Source of the DNA: a virus
Taxonomy: Duplodnaviria > Caudoviricetes
Strand: one strand, 5' to 3'
IMG/VR virus record: IMGVR_UViG_3300044454_000105
Span: 1 to 41,164 of that record
DNA: 41,164 bases
Shown: positions 31,834 through 40,667 of the stretch, piece by piece
Numbering within the stretch: the first letter of the stretch is position 1
Layout of the letters: each line of letters opens with the position of its first letter
Program-made: the position numbers and the translations under genes
The notes under the pieces: model-generated
The model's database searches: none
Told to the model about the DNA's origin: nothing
The model's input: only the letters and a program-made list of their open reading frames with translations

Positions 31834-33774
31834 ATGGCGACTGAAGTTGCATCGATGTATGCCACGATTGGCGCAGATACTTCCGATCTCCAAAAGGGAC
31901 TGAAAGATACCAAGGCGGGCCTGAAAGACCTGGATGCACAGTTTGAATCCTTGGGCAATGAAGTCAAGAAAGCAGAAGATGCCCAAAAGGAATATGCCCG
32001 CGCCCAAAAGGAAGTCGATGATCAGATGCGTAAGAATCAGGCGGCGGCGCTGGCGGGCATCGGGCTTCTGATCGCCACGGGCAAGGCGCTTCTAGATATC
32101 ACCAACGAGACCGCCGCATATAATCAGCAAATTCGTGAGATGGCAGCCGCCACCGGAATGGGCGTGGAAGAAACATCACGCTTGATCCAACTGGCGGATG
32201 ATTACAAAATCTCATCCGATGAGATGCAGCGCGCTATGCAAATGGCGGTTAAAAACGGCTTTCAGCCGGGCGTGAAGGGGCTTGCAGATTTAGCCGATAA
32301 GTACAAGGCAATCCAAGACCCCACCGAGCGCGCCGCCATGCTGAGTGAAATCTTCGGGCGCAATTGGGCTAAGATTGTGCCTTTGATGGAACAGGGCGGG
32401 AAAGCCGTTAAGGATCAGGCCGCCGCAATTGATGACAGCCTGGTAGCCACGGAAGCCAATGTCAAAGCCAGCCGGGATTTTGAGATCGCCGTGGATAATC
32501 TCAATGACAGGCTCATGGCAGAAAAGTACGCCATTGGAAACAGCCTGATCCCGGCCCTGACCCAACTGGCAAGTACCACCGCAACCACTTTCGACATCTT
32601 CAACAACGCTGTTGGAGGTGCGAAGGGAGGGGCGCTTTCCCAAGGTTCCGCGCAAATTCAAGGCATGTTCCTATTGGCGCAAGCAGCCGAAGAAGGCAAG
32701 ATCGGGCTTAGGGATTTGGCGCTTTATAGTGTGCTGTTCAATAACACGGCAGGCGATCAGATCAAAACCCTGGCATCCCTAAAAAGCCAGATTGCGGCGA
32801 ATACTGCCGAAACCGGAGGCTACGCGGATGCTACTGACTATGCCGCAATCGGCGCATACCAACTTACATCCGCCCTGGGAGACCTGGACAAAGCCAATTA
32901 CAAGGCCGTGAATGCTGAGAAAGCCGCTACCCACCAGCGTGATTCCGCCATCGGCCCGTTGGAAAACGAGCGCCAATTAACGCTGGAACTGGCAGACGCA
33001 GAGCGTGAAGCCGCCAGCGCCGCTATGACCGCCGCCAACACGGAGCGGGCAGCCGATAAGCGCCGCCTGGAACGCCTGAGCATACTTGACCAACTCAAAG
33101 GCGCTGAACAGCGTCTAGCCGAACAAATGAAGGATTGGTCAAGAACCCTCGGGCAGGATGTGGCGGAAGGGCTACAGAAAGCGAAACTATCTGCCCAGCA
33201 ATATCGCCAAGCGTTGACCTTGATTGATGAAACTCTAGGGACCAATCTAGGGCAGCAGCAAGATTATAAAGATGCCCTGGCAAACCTGATCAAGACCTAT
33301 GACCCCAACAAACCGGAAGAATTCAAGAAGGCGCTTGCCGGACTGAAAGAAGCCTTTGCCCCGATGAATGATGGCATCAAAGAGACCATGCAGTTAATTG
33401 ATGACCTGGAAGCACAATACCAGGCGCTTCAAGGCCGTTCCGTTTCTATGTACGTAGATGTCTATCTCCGCGACCACACCGGGCAGATGGGCGGGGGCAA
33501 TTCCGGTGGAAGCGGCAATGCTCCCGGGAACCATCCCCCAGGCAAGCGCGCCGCGGGCGGGCCTGTCACCACAGGGCAAGAGTACATGGTAGGCGAAAGC
33601 GGGCCTGAGCTATTCGTGCCTAACAGCAGCGGGAAGATTATCCCCAATAACCGGCTTACCGGGTCATCCAATACGTTTGTCCAGAATTTTTATGACCGGA
33701 GCGCTGCCGCATTGGGTCAGGCGCAAATCCGGCGCCTGAGACAATCGGCGCTGAACGCGTCGATGGGAGGCTAG
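31834..33774 (+). CDS. Tape measure protein
   Basis: 646 aa helical, Ala-rich; ATIGADTS N-terminus; RAAGGPV..YMVGESGPELFVP C-terminus. Confidence 0.92.
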   Translation: MATEVASMYATIGADTSDLQKGLKDTKAGLKDLDAQFESLGNEVKKAEDAQKEYARAQKEVDDQMRKNQAAALAGIGLLIATGKALLDITNETAAYNQQIREMAAATGMGVEETSRLIQLADDYKISSDEMQRAMQMAVKNGFQPGVKGLADLADKYKAIQDPTERAAMLSEIFGRNWAKIVPLMEQGGKAVKDQAAAIDDSLVATEANVKASRDFEIAVDNLNDRLMAEKYAIGNSLIPALTQLASTTATTFDIFNNAVGGAKGGALSQGSAQIQGMFLLAQAAEEGKIGLRDLALYSVLFNNTAGDQIKTLASLKSQIAANTAETGGYADATDYAAIGAYQLTSALGDLDKANYKAVNAEKAATHQRDSAIGPLENERQLTLELADAEREAASAAMTAANTERAADKRRLERLSILDQLKGAEQRLAEQMKDWSRTLGQDVAEGLQKAKLSAQQYRQALTLIDETLGTNLGQQQDYKDALANLIKTYDPNKPEEFKKALAGLKEAFAPMNDGIKETMQLIDDLEAQYQALQGRSVSMYVDVYLRDHTGQMGGGNSGGSGNAPGNHPPGKRAAGGPVTTGQEYMVGESGPELFVPNSSGKIIPNNRLTGSSNTFVQNFYDRSAAALGQAQIRRLRQSALNASMGG

Positions 33775-35118
33775 ATGGCAGCGATCCACAGATTGACCGA
33801 CACGGCGCAAGCCTCAGGAAAAACGGTAGATTTTATCGCCGGGCCGCTGAAACGCAGGGCGGGCGCATGGCAGATTATGCCCACCGGCGACGGCTATGTT
33901 ACAGAAACGTTTGGCCTGACCGCCAACGGCACGGAATCCGCCATCATGGGGGAAGTCCAAAAGTTATCCGAGTTGATTGAACAGAATCGGCTCTATTGGG
34001 AAGAAGCCAGCTACCGTGATCCGGTATGGTACGAATGCTCGACCACCAGCGAAAGCGCCGCAAAGCGCGCCCTGGTAGTGGAGATCGGGCTAGTGCCGAT
34101 TACAGAAGAACGGCTGGCGACTCCACTCCTGGGCGGGACGGATGCGCTTTTCGAGATCACCATCACCCGGCTAGAAGAATGGGAAGACACGGCGGGCAAT
34201 TACCCGGCGACCAATGTCACCTTATCCACGATTGGCGGGGCGCTTGGCATGGCGGCGGTATCGGGCAGCTATCCATCCCGAATTGATTATATCGACTTTC
34301 AGGATACCAACGCCGGAACGCTTTACAAGGTGTGGGCGGGCATCCGCCCTACCGGGTCAGGCACAGCATCTTTCAGCCCCGTTTGGGCGCTCAATAAAGG
34401 ATCAATGGCGAATGACGCTGCCACGGAAGCCGACAGCGCCGGTTATAACGGCACAATCGTCAAGATTACGTTTTCCGGCACAAGTACGATGGCAGATCGG
34501 GTGTCGGTCTCTGTCGGCTCGATTGCCGCCAACAACTCCTATGACCATTTCGCCGGGCGTTATCTGGTACTCTCGCGTTGTTACGTCAACACGGGGACGG
34601 CTACGATCCAGATGAAATCAGGATACGGCACGGTGCTTGCCCCATCTGATTATCGAGAGATCACCAATACGACTTACAAATACACACCGTTGGGGGAAGT
34701 GCTGATCCCCCCGATGGGCAACTATGTTAACTCGCCCTTTAGCGGATCGGCAATCAATAAGACGTTCCGAATCGCCATGTATGCGGAGCGCAACAGCGCC
34801 GCCGGGTCTCTGTATCTGGACTGCCTGGTAATGATTCCATCCGACCATTACACCGTTTCCATTGGCAATACGATAGGCGTGGATAACAGCGGTTACACCC
34901 AACATTACACCTTTGAAGACGGCAAGCATGCCGCGGTTGCCCTGGATGCGAGCAGCAACCCCAACGCTAATCTGGAAGTGGGATTCCGCAATTGGGAGAT
35001 GCCCATTGGCGGAGGCCTGCTGGTAGTGGCGGCGGAACGGGGGACGGCGCAAGTCAAAACCGACACGTTTGAGGTGACGATCCATACCATTCATCGCCAC
35101 AGGTTCTATAATGATTAG
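33775..35118 (+). CDS. Distal tail protein-like, with inserted domain
   Basis: Position after the tape measure gene; 447 aa, beta-rich. Confidence 0.6.
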   Translation: MAAIHRLTDTAQASGKTVDFIAGPLKRRAGAWQIMPTGDGYVTETFGLTANGTESAIMGEVQKLSELIEQNRLYWEEASYRDPVWYECSTTSESAAKRALVVEIGLVPITEERLATPLLGGTDALFEITITRLEEWEDTAGNYPATNVTLSTIGGALGMAAVSGSYPSRIDYIDFQDTNAGTLYKVWAGIRPTGSGTASFSPVWALNKGSMANDAATEADSAGYNGTIVKITFSGTSTMADRVSVSVGSIAANNSYDHFAGRYLVLSRCYVNTGTATIQMKSGYGTVLAPSDYREITNTTYKYTPLGEVLIPPMGNYVNSPFSGSAINKTFRIAMYAERNSAAGSLYLDCLVMIPSDHYTVSIGNTIGVDNSGYTQHYTFEDGKHAAVALDASSNPNANLEVGFRNWEMPIGGGLLVVAAERGTAQVKTDTFEVTIHTIHRHRFYND

Positions 35119-36259
35119 CGATTATTCGCTCATGCTGTACTCGTCTGCCAAAGACACCAAAGCGCCACGCGGCGATATTACCGGGATGGTTAGTAGCTGG
35201 CGGCGCTCGATCCGATTGCAAGGCGGGTTCTGGACGGGCCAATTCACCATCGACACAGAGCCGCTATCGGTGGTACAGCAAATCTATTACGAGAGTTTGT
35301 TTGACCACTTCACGGAGCGCACCGGGGGCGATGTCACCTGGGAAGGTTTCGTTTATGACATGGATTTGGATGACAACAAGAGCGCCCCGCGTTTGGATGT
35401 CACCGTTTGCGGGTATGTGTTCGGGATGCAATGGCAGATTGTCAGCGCCGGGGATGCCACGGTGGGGGATGCGTCTACGTGGATTCGGGATATTATCACC
35501 ACTAACGCCGATTCCCTGTTCGTCACGCCGGGGAGAATCGATTCCAATACCCTACAGGTTTACCGGGATACCGAACTGGAGCAATACGCCTGGGATGAGA
35601 TTCAGAAAATCACCGCCTTAGGGGATGCGAATGCGATGCCCTGGCAATGTTACGTTGACACGGGCCAAAAGGTGCATTACCGGCAGATTCCCAACACCCC
35701 CCAATATCGCATCGTGGGCGGGATGAAACGCAGGCGCAGCGCCGATGAGATGTTCAATAGCGTGGTCGGAACCTACACCAGCAACGCCGGGAAAGCTACG
35801 GCGCTGACGGAACTCACCAACGCCTCCAGTATTACCCGCTATGGCAAGCGCCAATTCTATCTGGCCCTGGACGGCGTTACGGCTGATGCCGCCGCCGCAA
35901 AGCAAGCTGCGATCTTGAAGGAATCCGCTTTCCCCCGTTCTCGCACGGTGGGATCATCTGACCTGGAGTTGTTCAGTTTATCCGGGGAAACGATGCTGTA
36001 CTCGCCCTGGCGCATCCGGCCCGGCGTGTACCGGGATGCTCAATACCCGGATAAGATGGCAGACTTACAAGCGACAGACTGGCTCACCAATACCGCCGAT
36101 TTTGTGGTGGATGAGGTGGAAGTATCGGATGGGCAGATCACCTTGAAAACCAGCTACTACACGGAAGCGGATATCTTGGAAGCCCAGGAAGAGTACCGGG
36201 AAGAATACAAAAAAGAGTTCCGCAAAGCGAAGAAGAAGAAACGCAGGAAACATAAATGA
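35111..36259 (+). CDS. Tail tip/baseplate hub protein
   Basis: VTWEGFV and SITRYGKR motifs; position. Confidence 0.65.
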   Translation: MISDYSLMLYSSAKDTKAPRGDITGMVSSWRRSIRLQGGFWTGQFTIDTEPLSVVQQIYYESLFDHFTERTGGDVTWEGFVYDMDLDDNKSAPRLDVTVCGYVFGMQWQIVSAGDATVGDASTWIRDIITTNADSLFVTPGRIDSNTLQVYRDTELEQYAWDEIQKITALGDANAMPWQCYVDTGQKVHYRQIPNTPQYRIVGGMKRRRSADEMFNSVVGTYTSNAGKATALTELTNASSITRYGKRQFYLALDGVTADAAAAKQAAILKESAFPRSRTVGSSDLELFSLSGETMLYSPWRIRPGVYRDAQYPDKMADLQATDWLTNTADFVVDEVEVSDGQITLKTSYYTEADILEAQEEYREEYKKEFRKAKKKKRRKHK

Positions 36260-36260
36260 A

Positions 36261-37886
36261 ATGAGTATCAGACGCTTAGGAATCGGCGGGATCAATCGGG
36301 ACGCAGCCACCTTGCGGGCGATGCTGGCAGGCCTGCCGGAACCCGTGGATGCGGTTGACGTTGCCGATCTGATCGATACCGCTTATGGGCTGGAGAAATC
36401 CCCCACCAATAAGATTCGCATCAACGCCTCTACCGGATTAGAGTTTCTAGGGACCGCTTCCGCCGATCCGGGCGCGATTGTGATCGATCAGGATTTTACA
36501 CCCATCTGGACTGCCTTACATACGTTTGGATCGGATGTACGCATCGGGCAGGGTCTGTACGTGGGTGGGACTGCCACCGACCCCGCGCCGGGACAAATCA
36601 CCGCCTACAACGCCGGAACTGTGGCATGGGTCAAGGCGCAGGAAGGCGACGGGGCATCCGTCCTCATGGAAGCCGCTGATACGTTTGGCTTGGTTGGATG
36701 TGCATCCAATCATAGTTTCCAAATCTACGCCAATAACGCCGGGAAGATGACCGTCACCCCCGCCGGGCTGGTGGGTATCGGGGAAACAGATGATAGCAAT
36801 ATGACCGTAGGGCTGACCATCAACCAGGGGGCCAACGATGATACTATCCTGTCCCTGAAATCGTCGGATGTGGCTCACGGGATCACCGGCGTAGCAGAGA
36901 CCGATACCTACGGGTTCATGAAGAAAATCGAAGCCACATCGGGCGGCCTGCGTATCACCGGGCTAAAAGACGCAGACGGCACTAACGCCTATGCCCTATA
37001 CCTACAGGGCGAACTGGCGGAGAACGCCGATACGACCAAATCTACAAGCGGCCTGGGCATTATCCACATGAGCGCGGCAGTTGCCAGCGGCACGGGAGGC
37101 GGTACAGCCAACACCAACGGGAATCTCCTGGCTGTGGCGAATTATGGATCGACAGAGATGATACTGGATGCTGAGGGGGATCTCTGGCTGAATGGCGGGA
37201 TGAGTATCGGCGGCGGGTGGGTCAAAGATGCCAACTGCGATTATGGCCTGACTATCGACCAAAGTGCGGCGGATGATTGCGTGCTGGTATTCAAATCATC
37301 GGATGTGGCGCACGGCATGACTGATTATGCCGAAACCGATAGCTATGGGCGGTATTTGAAATATGACGGCACGGCGGGCGGGCTGGATATGGAAGGCTAC
37401 TCCGAGAATCAGGTTGGAATATTTCTATCCCCGCGCATCACCAATGACGATACTACCAAGTCAATCTCCGGCCTGGGGGCCGTCACCCTGGAGACGTATA
37501 AGAAAACCGGGACATCCATCGGTCCGCAGGCGACAAACGCCAACTTATTCGCCGTGCGGAACAGCAATAACTACACCCGCTTTATTTTGGACGCTGACGG
37601 CGATTCCCATCAGGACGTTGGCACGGTCTGGACAAACTTTCATGGGCATGATGATATTGCCCTGCTCAATACCTTATCTGCCCACCTGACCGCACCGGGA
37701 GACCCGCTGAAAGCTACGTTTGGGGATTGGCTGGAAGCCAGCCGGGAACCGTTGGAGCGGGCAAGATTGGTGACGTTCAACCCGGACGGGCATAACTTTG
37801 TCAATTGGAGCAGGATGCACATGCTCGAAATCGGGGCGGTGTTGCAACTGGCAGAACGGATCGAACAATTGGAGAAACGTCTATGA
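36261..37886 (+). CDS. Tail fibre/receptor-binding protein with an internally duplicated domain
   Basis: G.VGIG fibre motif; two GLTI.Q..KSSDVAHG..AETD.YG modules; C-terminal coiled coil. Confidence 0.75.
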   Translation: MSIRRLGIGGINRDAATLRAMLAGLPEPVDAVDVADLIDTAYGLEKSPTNKIRINASTGLEFLGTASADPGAIVIDQDFTPIWTALHTFGSDVRIGQGLYVGGTATDPAPGQITAYNAGTVAWVKAQEGDGASVLMEAADTFGLVGCASNHSFQIYANNAGKMTVTPAGLVGIGETDDSNMTVGLTINQGANDDTILSLKSSDVAHGITGVAETDTYGFMKKIEATSGGLRITGLKDADGTNAYALYLQGELAENADTTKSTSGLGIIHMSAAVASGTGGGTANTNGNLLAVANYGSTEMILDAEGDLWLNGGMSIGGGWVKDANCDYGLTIDQSAADDCVLVFKSSDVAHGMTDYAETDSYGRYLKYDGTAGGLDMEGYSENQVGIFLSPRITNDDTTKSISGLGAVTLETYKKTGTSIGPQATNANLFAVRNSNNYTRFILDADGDSHQDVGTVWTNFHGHDDIALLNTLSAHLTAPGDPLKATFGDWLEASREPLERARLVTFNPDGHNFVNWSRMHMLEIGAVLQLAERIEQLEKRL

Positions 37887-38146
37887 CCTTCACGCCTGCA
37901 CAACCTCGCACCCCCACCGCTATCGGTTCGGTGGTGATTATCTTGAAAGATCGACCCGCAATGGAGAGCCAGCCCGCATCGAAGACCGTGTCTTATGACG
38001 TTGCCGTGTTGGATCAGGATGGGCGGCGCATGGATGTTCCTCAGGATACCGGCAACCTGGCCCCGCATTTGACCCAGGCACAAATCAACGCTCTGATCCA
38101 GTTTATGACGGATATGAGAGCCAAGGCGGAAGCGGAATTGTTATGA
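37883..38146 (+). CDS. Hypothetical protein, possibly fibre-associated
   Basis: GGAG RBS; ATGA coupling. Confidence 0.7.
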   Translation: MTFTPAQPRTPTAIGSVVIILKDRPAMESQPASKTVSYDVAVLDQDGRRMDVPQDTGNLAPHLTQAQINALIQFMTDMRAKAEAELL

Positions 38147-38469
38147 GTGAGCCGGTAGATATCCTGATCCGCTATGACCCCCAGGCAGACCGGATTGTGA
38201 TCAAGACTATCCCCGATGCAAATAGCCCCGATTTGTTATTTGACATCCTCCACGGGGCAATGATGCAAATCCGCAAACAGGAGCTAGCGCAAGTTCAGCA
38301 CTTGGTTGACGATCAACGTCGCCCACAACGCAGCGAGGATGATCCCGGCTCCCAGTCCAATCACGCCGCCGGCCAGGAGCCAGGAGCGGGTGTTAGTACT
38401 CTTGCGGATAACGAGCAGCAGCAGCAAGCCGATGAACAGCAGGACGAAACCATAGGCATCCATGCGTAG
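38143..38469 (+). CDS. Hypothetical protein; C-terminal half overlaps an antisense ORF
   Basis: ATGA coupling. Confidence 0.5.
   Translation: MSEPVDILIRYDPQADRIVIKTIPDANSPDLLFDILHGAMMQIRKQELAQVQHLVDDQRRPQRSEDDPGSQSNHAAGQEPGAGVSTLADNEQQQQADEQQDETIGIHA
38284..38463 (-). CDS. 59-aa two-TM membrane protein, antisense (not in the ORF track)
   Basis: MDAYGFVLLFIGLLLLLVIRKSTNTRSWLLAGGVIGLGAGIILAALWATLIVNQVLNLR. Confidence 0.6.
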   Translation of the reverse strand: MDAYGFVLLFIGLLLLLVIRKSTNTRSWLLAGGVIGLGAGIILAALWATLIVNQVLNLR

Positions 38470-38493
38470 ATTATCGCGCCAAAATCGGTATTG

Positions 38494-38522
38494 TTGACAT
38501 CCGGCTATAAAATCGATACACT
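38494..38522 (+). promoter_or_regulatory. Sigma70-type promoter upstream of the holin-like genes
   Basis: TTGACA-17-TACACT. Confidence 0.7.
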
Positions 38523-38562
38523 ACGAATGGAATAATCGATAACGAATAGAAAGGAAAACACC

Positions 38563-38859
38563 ATGACACCTGAACAACTCGCCGCCCTCGCCGGGGTAAT
38601 TCTCTCCCTGGCATTTTCGTATGTGCCCGGTTTGAAGGACTGGTTTGAGAAATTGGATGGCAACTACAAGCGCCTGATCATGTTGGGCGTGATGGCTGCC
38701 GTCGTGCTGGTTATTTTTGGCCTGAGCTGCACTCGGCTTCTCTCCACGTTTCAATGTAGCTGGCTCGGAGCCTGGGATATGCTGTACCTGCTCATCCTGG
38801 CAGCCGTTGCCAACCAGACCGCCTACAGCCTGACGCCGCGCGCCAGGCCGCTGAAGTGA
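38563..38859 (+). CDS. Holin-like membrane protein
   Basis: 98 aa, about three TM segments; AAAGGA RBS; after the tail genes. Confidence 0.7.
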   Translation: MTPEQLAALAGVILSLAFSYVPGLKDWFEKLDGNYKRLIMLGVMAAVVLVIFGLSCTRLLSTFQCSWLGAWDMLYLLILAAVANQTAYSLTPRARPLK

Positions 38860-39134
38860 CGCCTTGCTTTGTGATCGTCACCGCCTGGCTTACGGCTGGG
38901 CTGGCGCTGGTGGTGACTTATCTCAAGCTGCACTACGTCTACCGCCACCGCAATAGCCGGAAGCGATTTATTCGTGCGGTGGGCGGGCTGGTATCGCTGT
39001 ATATCGCCGTGCTATATATCTTCCTGGGGTTGGGATGGTTACAAATCTCGTTTCTGTCTGCTTCGCTGGGCCGGGTCGCAATCCTGTTATTGTTGTCAAT
39101 CCTGGCGGCGGAAGTGATTATGGATAAACCATGA
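38856..39134 (+). CDS. Three-TM membrane protein
   Basis: GTGA overlap; hydrophobic segments. Confidence 0.65.
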   Translation: MTPCFVIVTAWLTAGLALVVTYLKLHYVYRHRNSRKRFIRAVGGLVSLYIAVLYIFLGLGWLQISFLSASLGRVAILLLLSILAAEVIMDKP

Positions 39135-39550
39135 CCGCTATTGAGATCGCCGCCATTATTACCGCCATCGGCTCGATTATCATTGCCGTCCTGACCAACC
39201 GTTCAGCGGCTACGAAAACCGAAATCGAATCATTGCAGGCGACCATCACCCTCCAGCGCCAGGAGATCGATAAACTGTGGAGCGATAACCGGGCGATGCG
39301 AAAGTGTATCGACGATTTAGAAAACGAGAATACCAAGCTAAAAGCCGAGATCAATAAAATCATCGTCAGCCGGGAAAACACCGCAATGGACAATGAAAAG
39401 CTGCGATTACGAGTAGTGGAGCTGGCGGCGGAGAATGACCGCCTGAAATCGAATATCTCTAAGCTGGAACAGGAGATTGAGCGGCTGAGAACGATGGTGC
39501 TGGAGTCGGGGGGAAAACTGGATACAGGGCCGCTGACGCAGAAAAAATAA
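39131..39550 (+). CDS. N-terminal TM plus coiled-coil protein, possible lysis accessory
   Basis: IAAIITAIGSIIIAVL followed by long heptad repeats. Confidence 0.75.
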   Translation: MTAIEIAAIITAIGSIIIAVLTNRSAATKTEIESLQATITLQRQEIDKLWSDNRAMRKCIDDLENENTKLKAEINKIIVSRENTAMDNEKLRLRVVELAAENDRLKSNISKLEQEIERLRTMVLESGGKLDTGPLTQKK

Positions 39551-39553
39551 GAG

Positions 39554-39578
39554 AAAGCCCCGGTTATACCGGGGCTTT
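39554..39578. terminator. Bidirectional terminator between convergent operons
   Basis: AAAGCCCCGGT-tat-ACCGGGGCTTT. Confidence 0.8.
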
Positions 39579-39992
39579 ATATTCTTCCCTATGTTCTAAT
39601 TTCCATTTCAATACCCGTATTGGCATATCGAACAACCCATGATATACCCGCAAGCGTGGGCAGGTTTTGCGGAGATGAACCACGCCGCACCTGATACAAA
39701 CTGGTGCAGATTCCAGGGCTGGCAACCGTAGCAATACCCGCTTATGTGGGTCTTTCGGTTCATAATCTGTTTCAGCAATCCGGCATAAAGTACCAGGGGG
39801 AATTTGCCATTCAACAGCCACCGCCCGCCAGTTTCCCAGGCGCTTATGATCGCCTAGTAACTTCTTCCGCAATTGCGCGATTGTCAATTGTACGGGCTTC
39901 TGTTGGGACTTTTTCTCGCGAGGTCTTATGATACGTGTTGGCATACTGCGTTTATCCTGGGCCTTCCTGGTGACTGTCACGAGTTGTGACAA
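39564..39992 (-). CDS. Hypothetical basic protein with CxxC..H..C motif (start may be 39944)
   Basis: 142-aa ORF; possible HTH plus zinc finger. Confidence 0.6.
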   Translation of the reverse strand: MSQLVTVTRKAQDKRSMPTRIIRPREKKSQQKPVQLTIAQLRKKLLGDHKRLGNWRAVAVEWQIPPGTLCRIAETDYEPKDPHKRVLLRLPALESAPVCIRCGVVHLRKTCPRLRVYHGLFDMPIRVLKWKLEHREEYKAPV

Positions 39993-40176
39993 GGGGTTCG
40001 CCCACCGTATTTGCCAGATACCAGCGCACGCTCAAATAATAGGGCTTGCCGTGCTTGCGCTGCTCAAACGTGGGGTAGTACACCCGCACCGAACAGAGCA
40101 GCTCGGAGCGGTCTGGAGAGATGCCGTAGTAGATGCCCTCCCCGTCCGGGGTGACAACTTCCTGGTTGCATCTCAT
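39952..40176 (-). CDS. Hypothetical protein
   Basis: 74 aa; ATGA-coupled to the upstream peptide. Confidence 0.6.
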   Translation of the reverse strand: MRCNQEVVTPDGEGIYYGISPDRSELLCSVRVYYPTFEQRKHGKPYYLSVRWYLANTVGEPLVTTRDSHQEGPG

Positions 40177-40259
40177 GGCAGGTGGGTGAGCAGATAAAGC
40201 AGCAACCCGCAGGCGAACCCGGCCAGGGCCAGGATGGTGTAATACGTGAGGCGTTTCAC
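40173..40259 (-). CDS. 28-aa membrane peptide
   Basis: MKRLTYYTILALAGFACGLLLYLLTHLP; GTGA and ATGA overlaps on either side. Confidence 0.55.
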   Translation of the reverse strand: MKRLTYYTILALAGFACGLLLYLLTHLP

Positions 40260-40333
40260 GGCTTCACCGCCCAACTAAAATACACGACCACCAGCAGCGC
40301 CAAGCCGAACAGGAAGATGAGCCTAGCTTTCAT
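40256..40333 (-). CDS. 25-aa membrane peptide
   Basis: MKARLIFLFGLALLVVVYFSWAVKP; overlaps both neighbours. Confidence 0.5.
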   Translation of the reverse strand: MKARLIFLFGLALLVVVYFSWAVKP

Positions 40334-40658
40334 GGTTTACCAGCTTTCGGCAGCGGGGGCATAAGACCATACGAGTACCAGCCACTAGGGTTTTATGATC
40401 GGGAGTAACAATAACTTCTATCAACTGAACAACTTTCAGGTGGCGGGCGCTGCGTGTTCCCGCCTGCGTTTCGGAGTACCGCCCGCAATACTCGCAAGCT
40501 TTTCCGGCCCGGCGCATGAGTTCGTCATCCGATACCGGGCGCTCCAGGTGTTCTCCCGCTTCGGGGTAGGTGATGACCTGCTCAGGATATGCCCGCTCCA
40601 GAATAGAGCGGATCGCTTTCAGTTCTTGCAAGAGTTGGTCTAACTGTGTATTCCACAT
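40323..40658 (-). CDS. Hypothetical zinc-binding protein (loosely HNH-like)
   Basis: RRAGKACEYCG..VLCPRC; GGGAG RBS. Confidence 0.6.
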   Translation of the reverse strand: MWNTQLDQLLQELKAIRSILERAYPEQVITYPEAGEHLERPVSDDELMRRAGKACEYCGRYSETQAGTRSARHLKVVQLIEVIVTPDHKTLVAGTRMVLCPRCRKLVNHES

Positions 40659-40667
40659 AGCTCCCCA

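Noticed and set aside
38563-38859. Host assignment to Chloroflexota from recalled similarity of the holin-like protein
   Set aside because: An impression only; it needs a homology search or CRISPR-spacer match before it can be claimed
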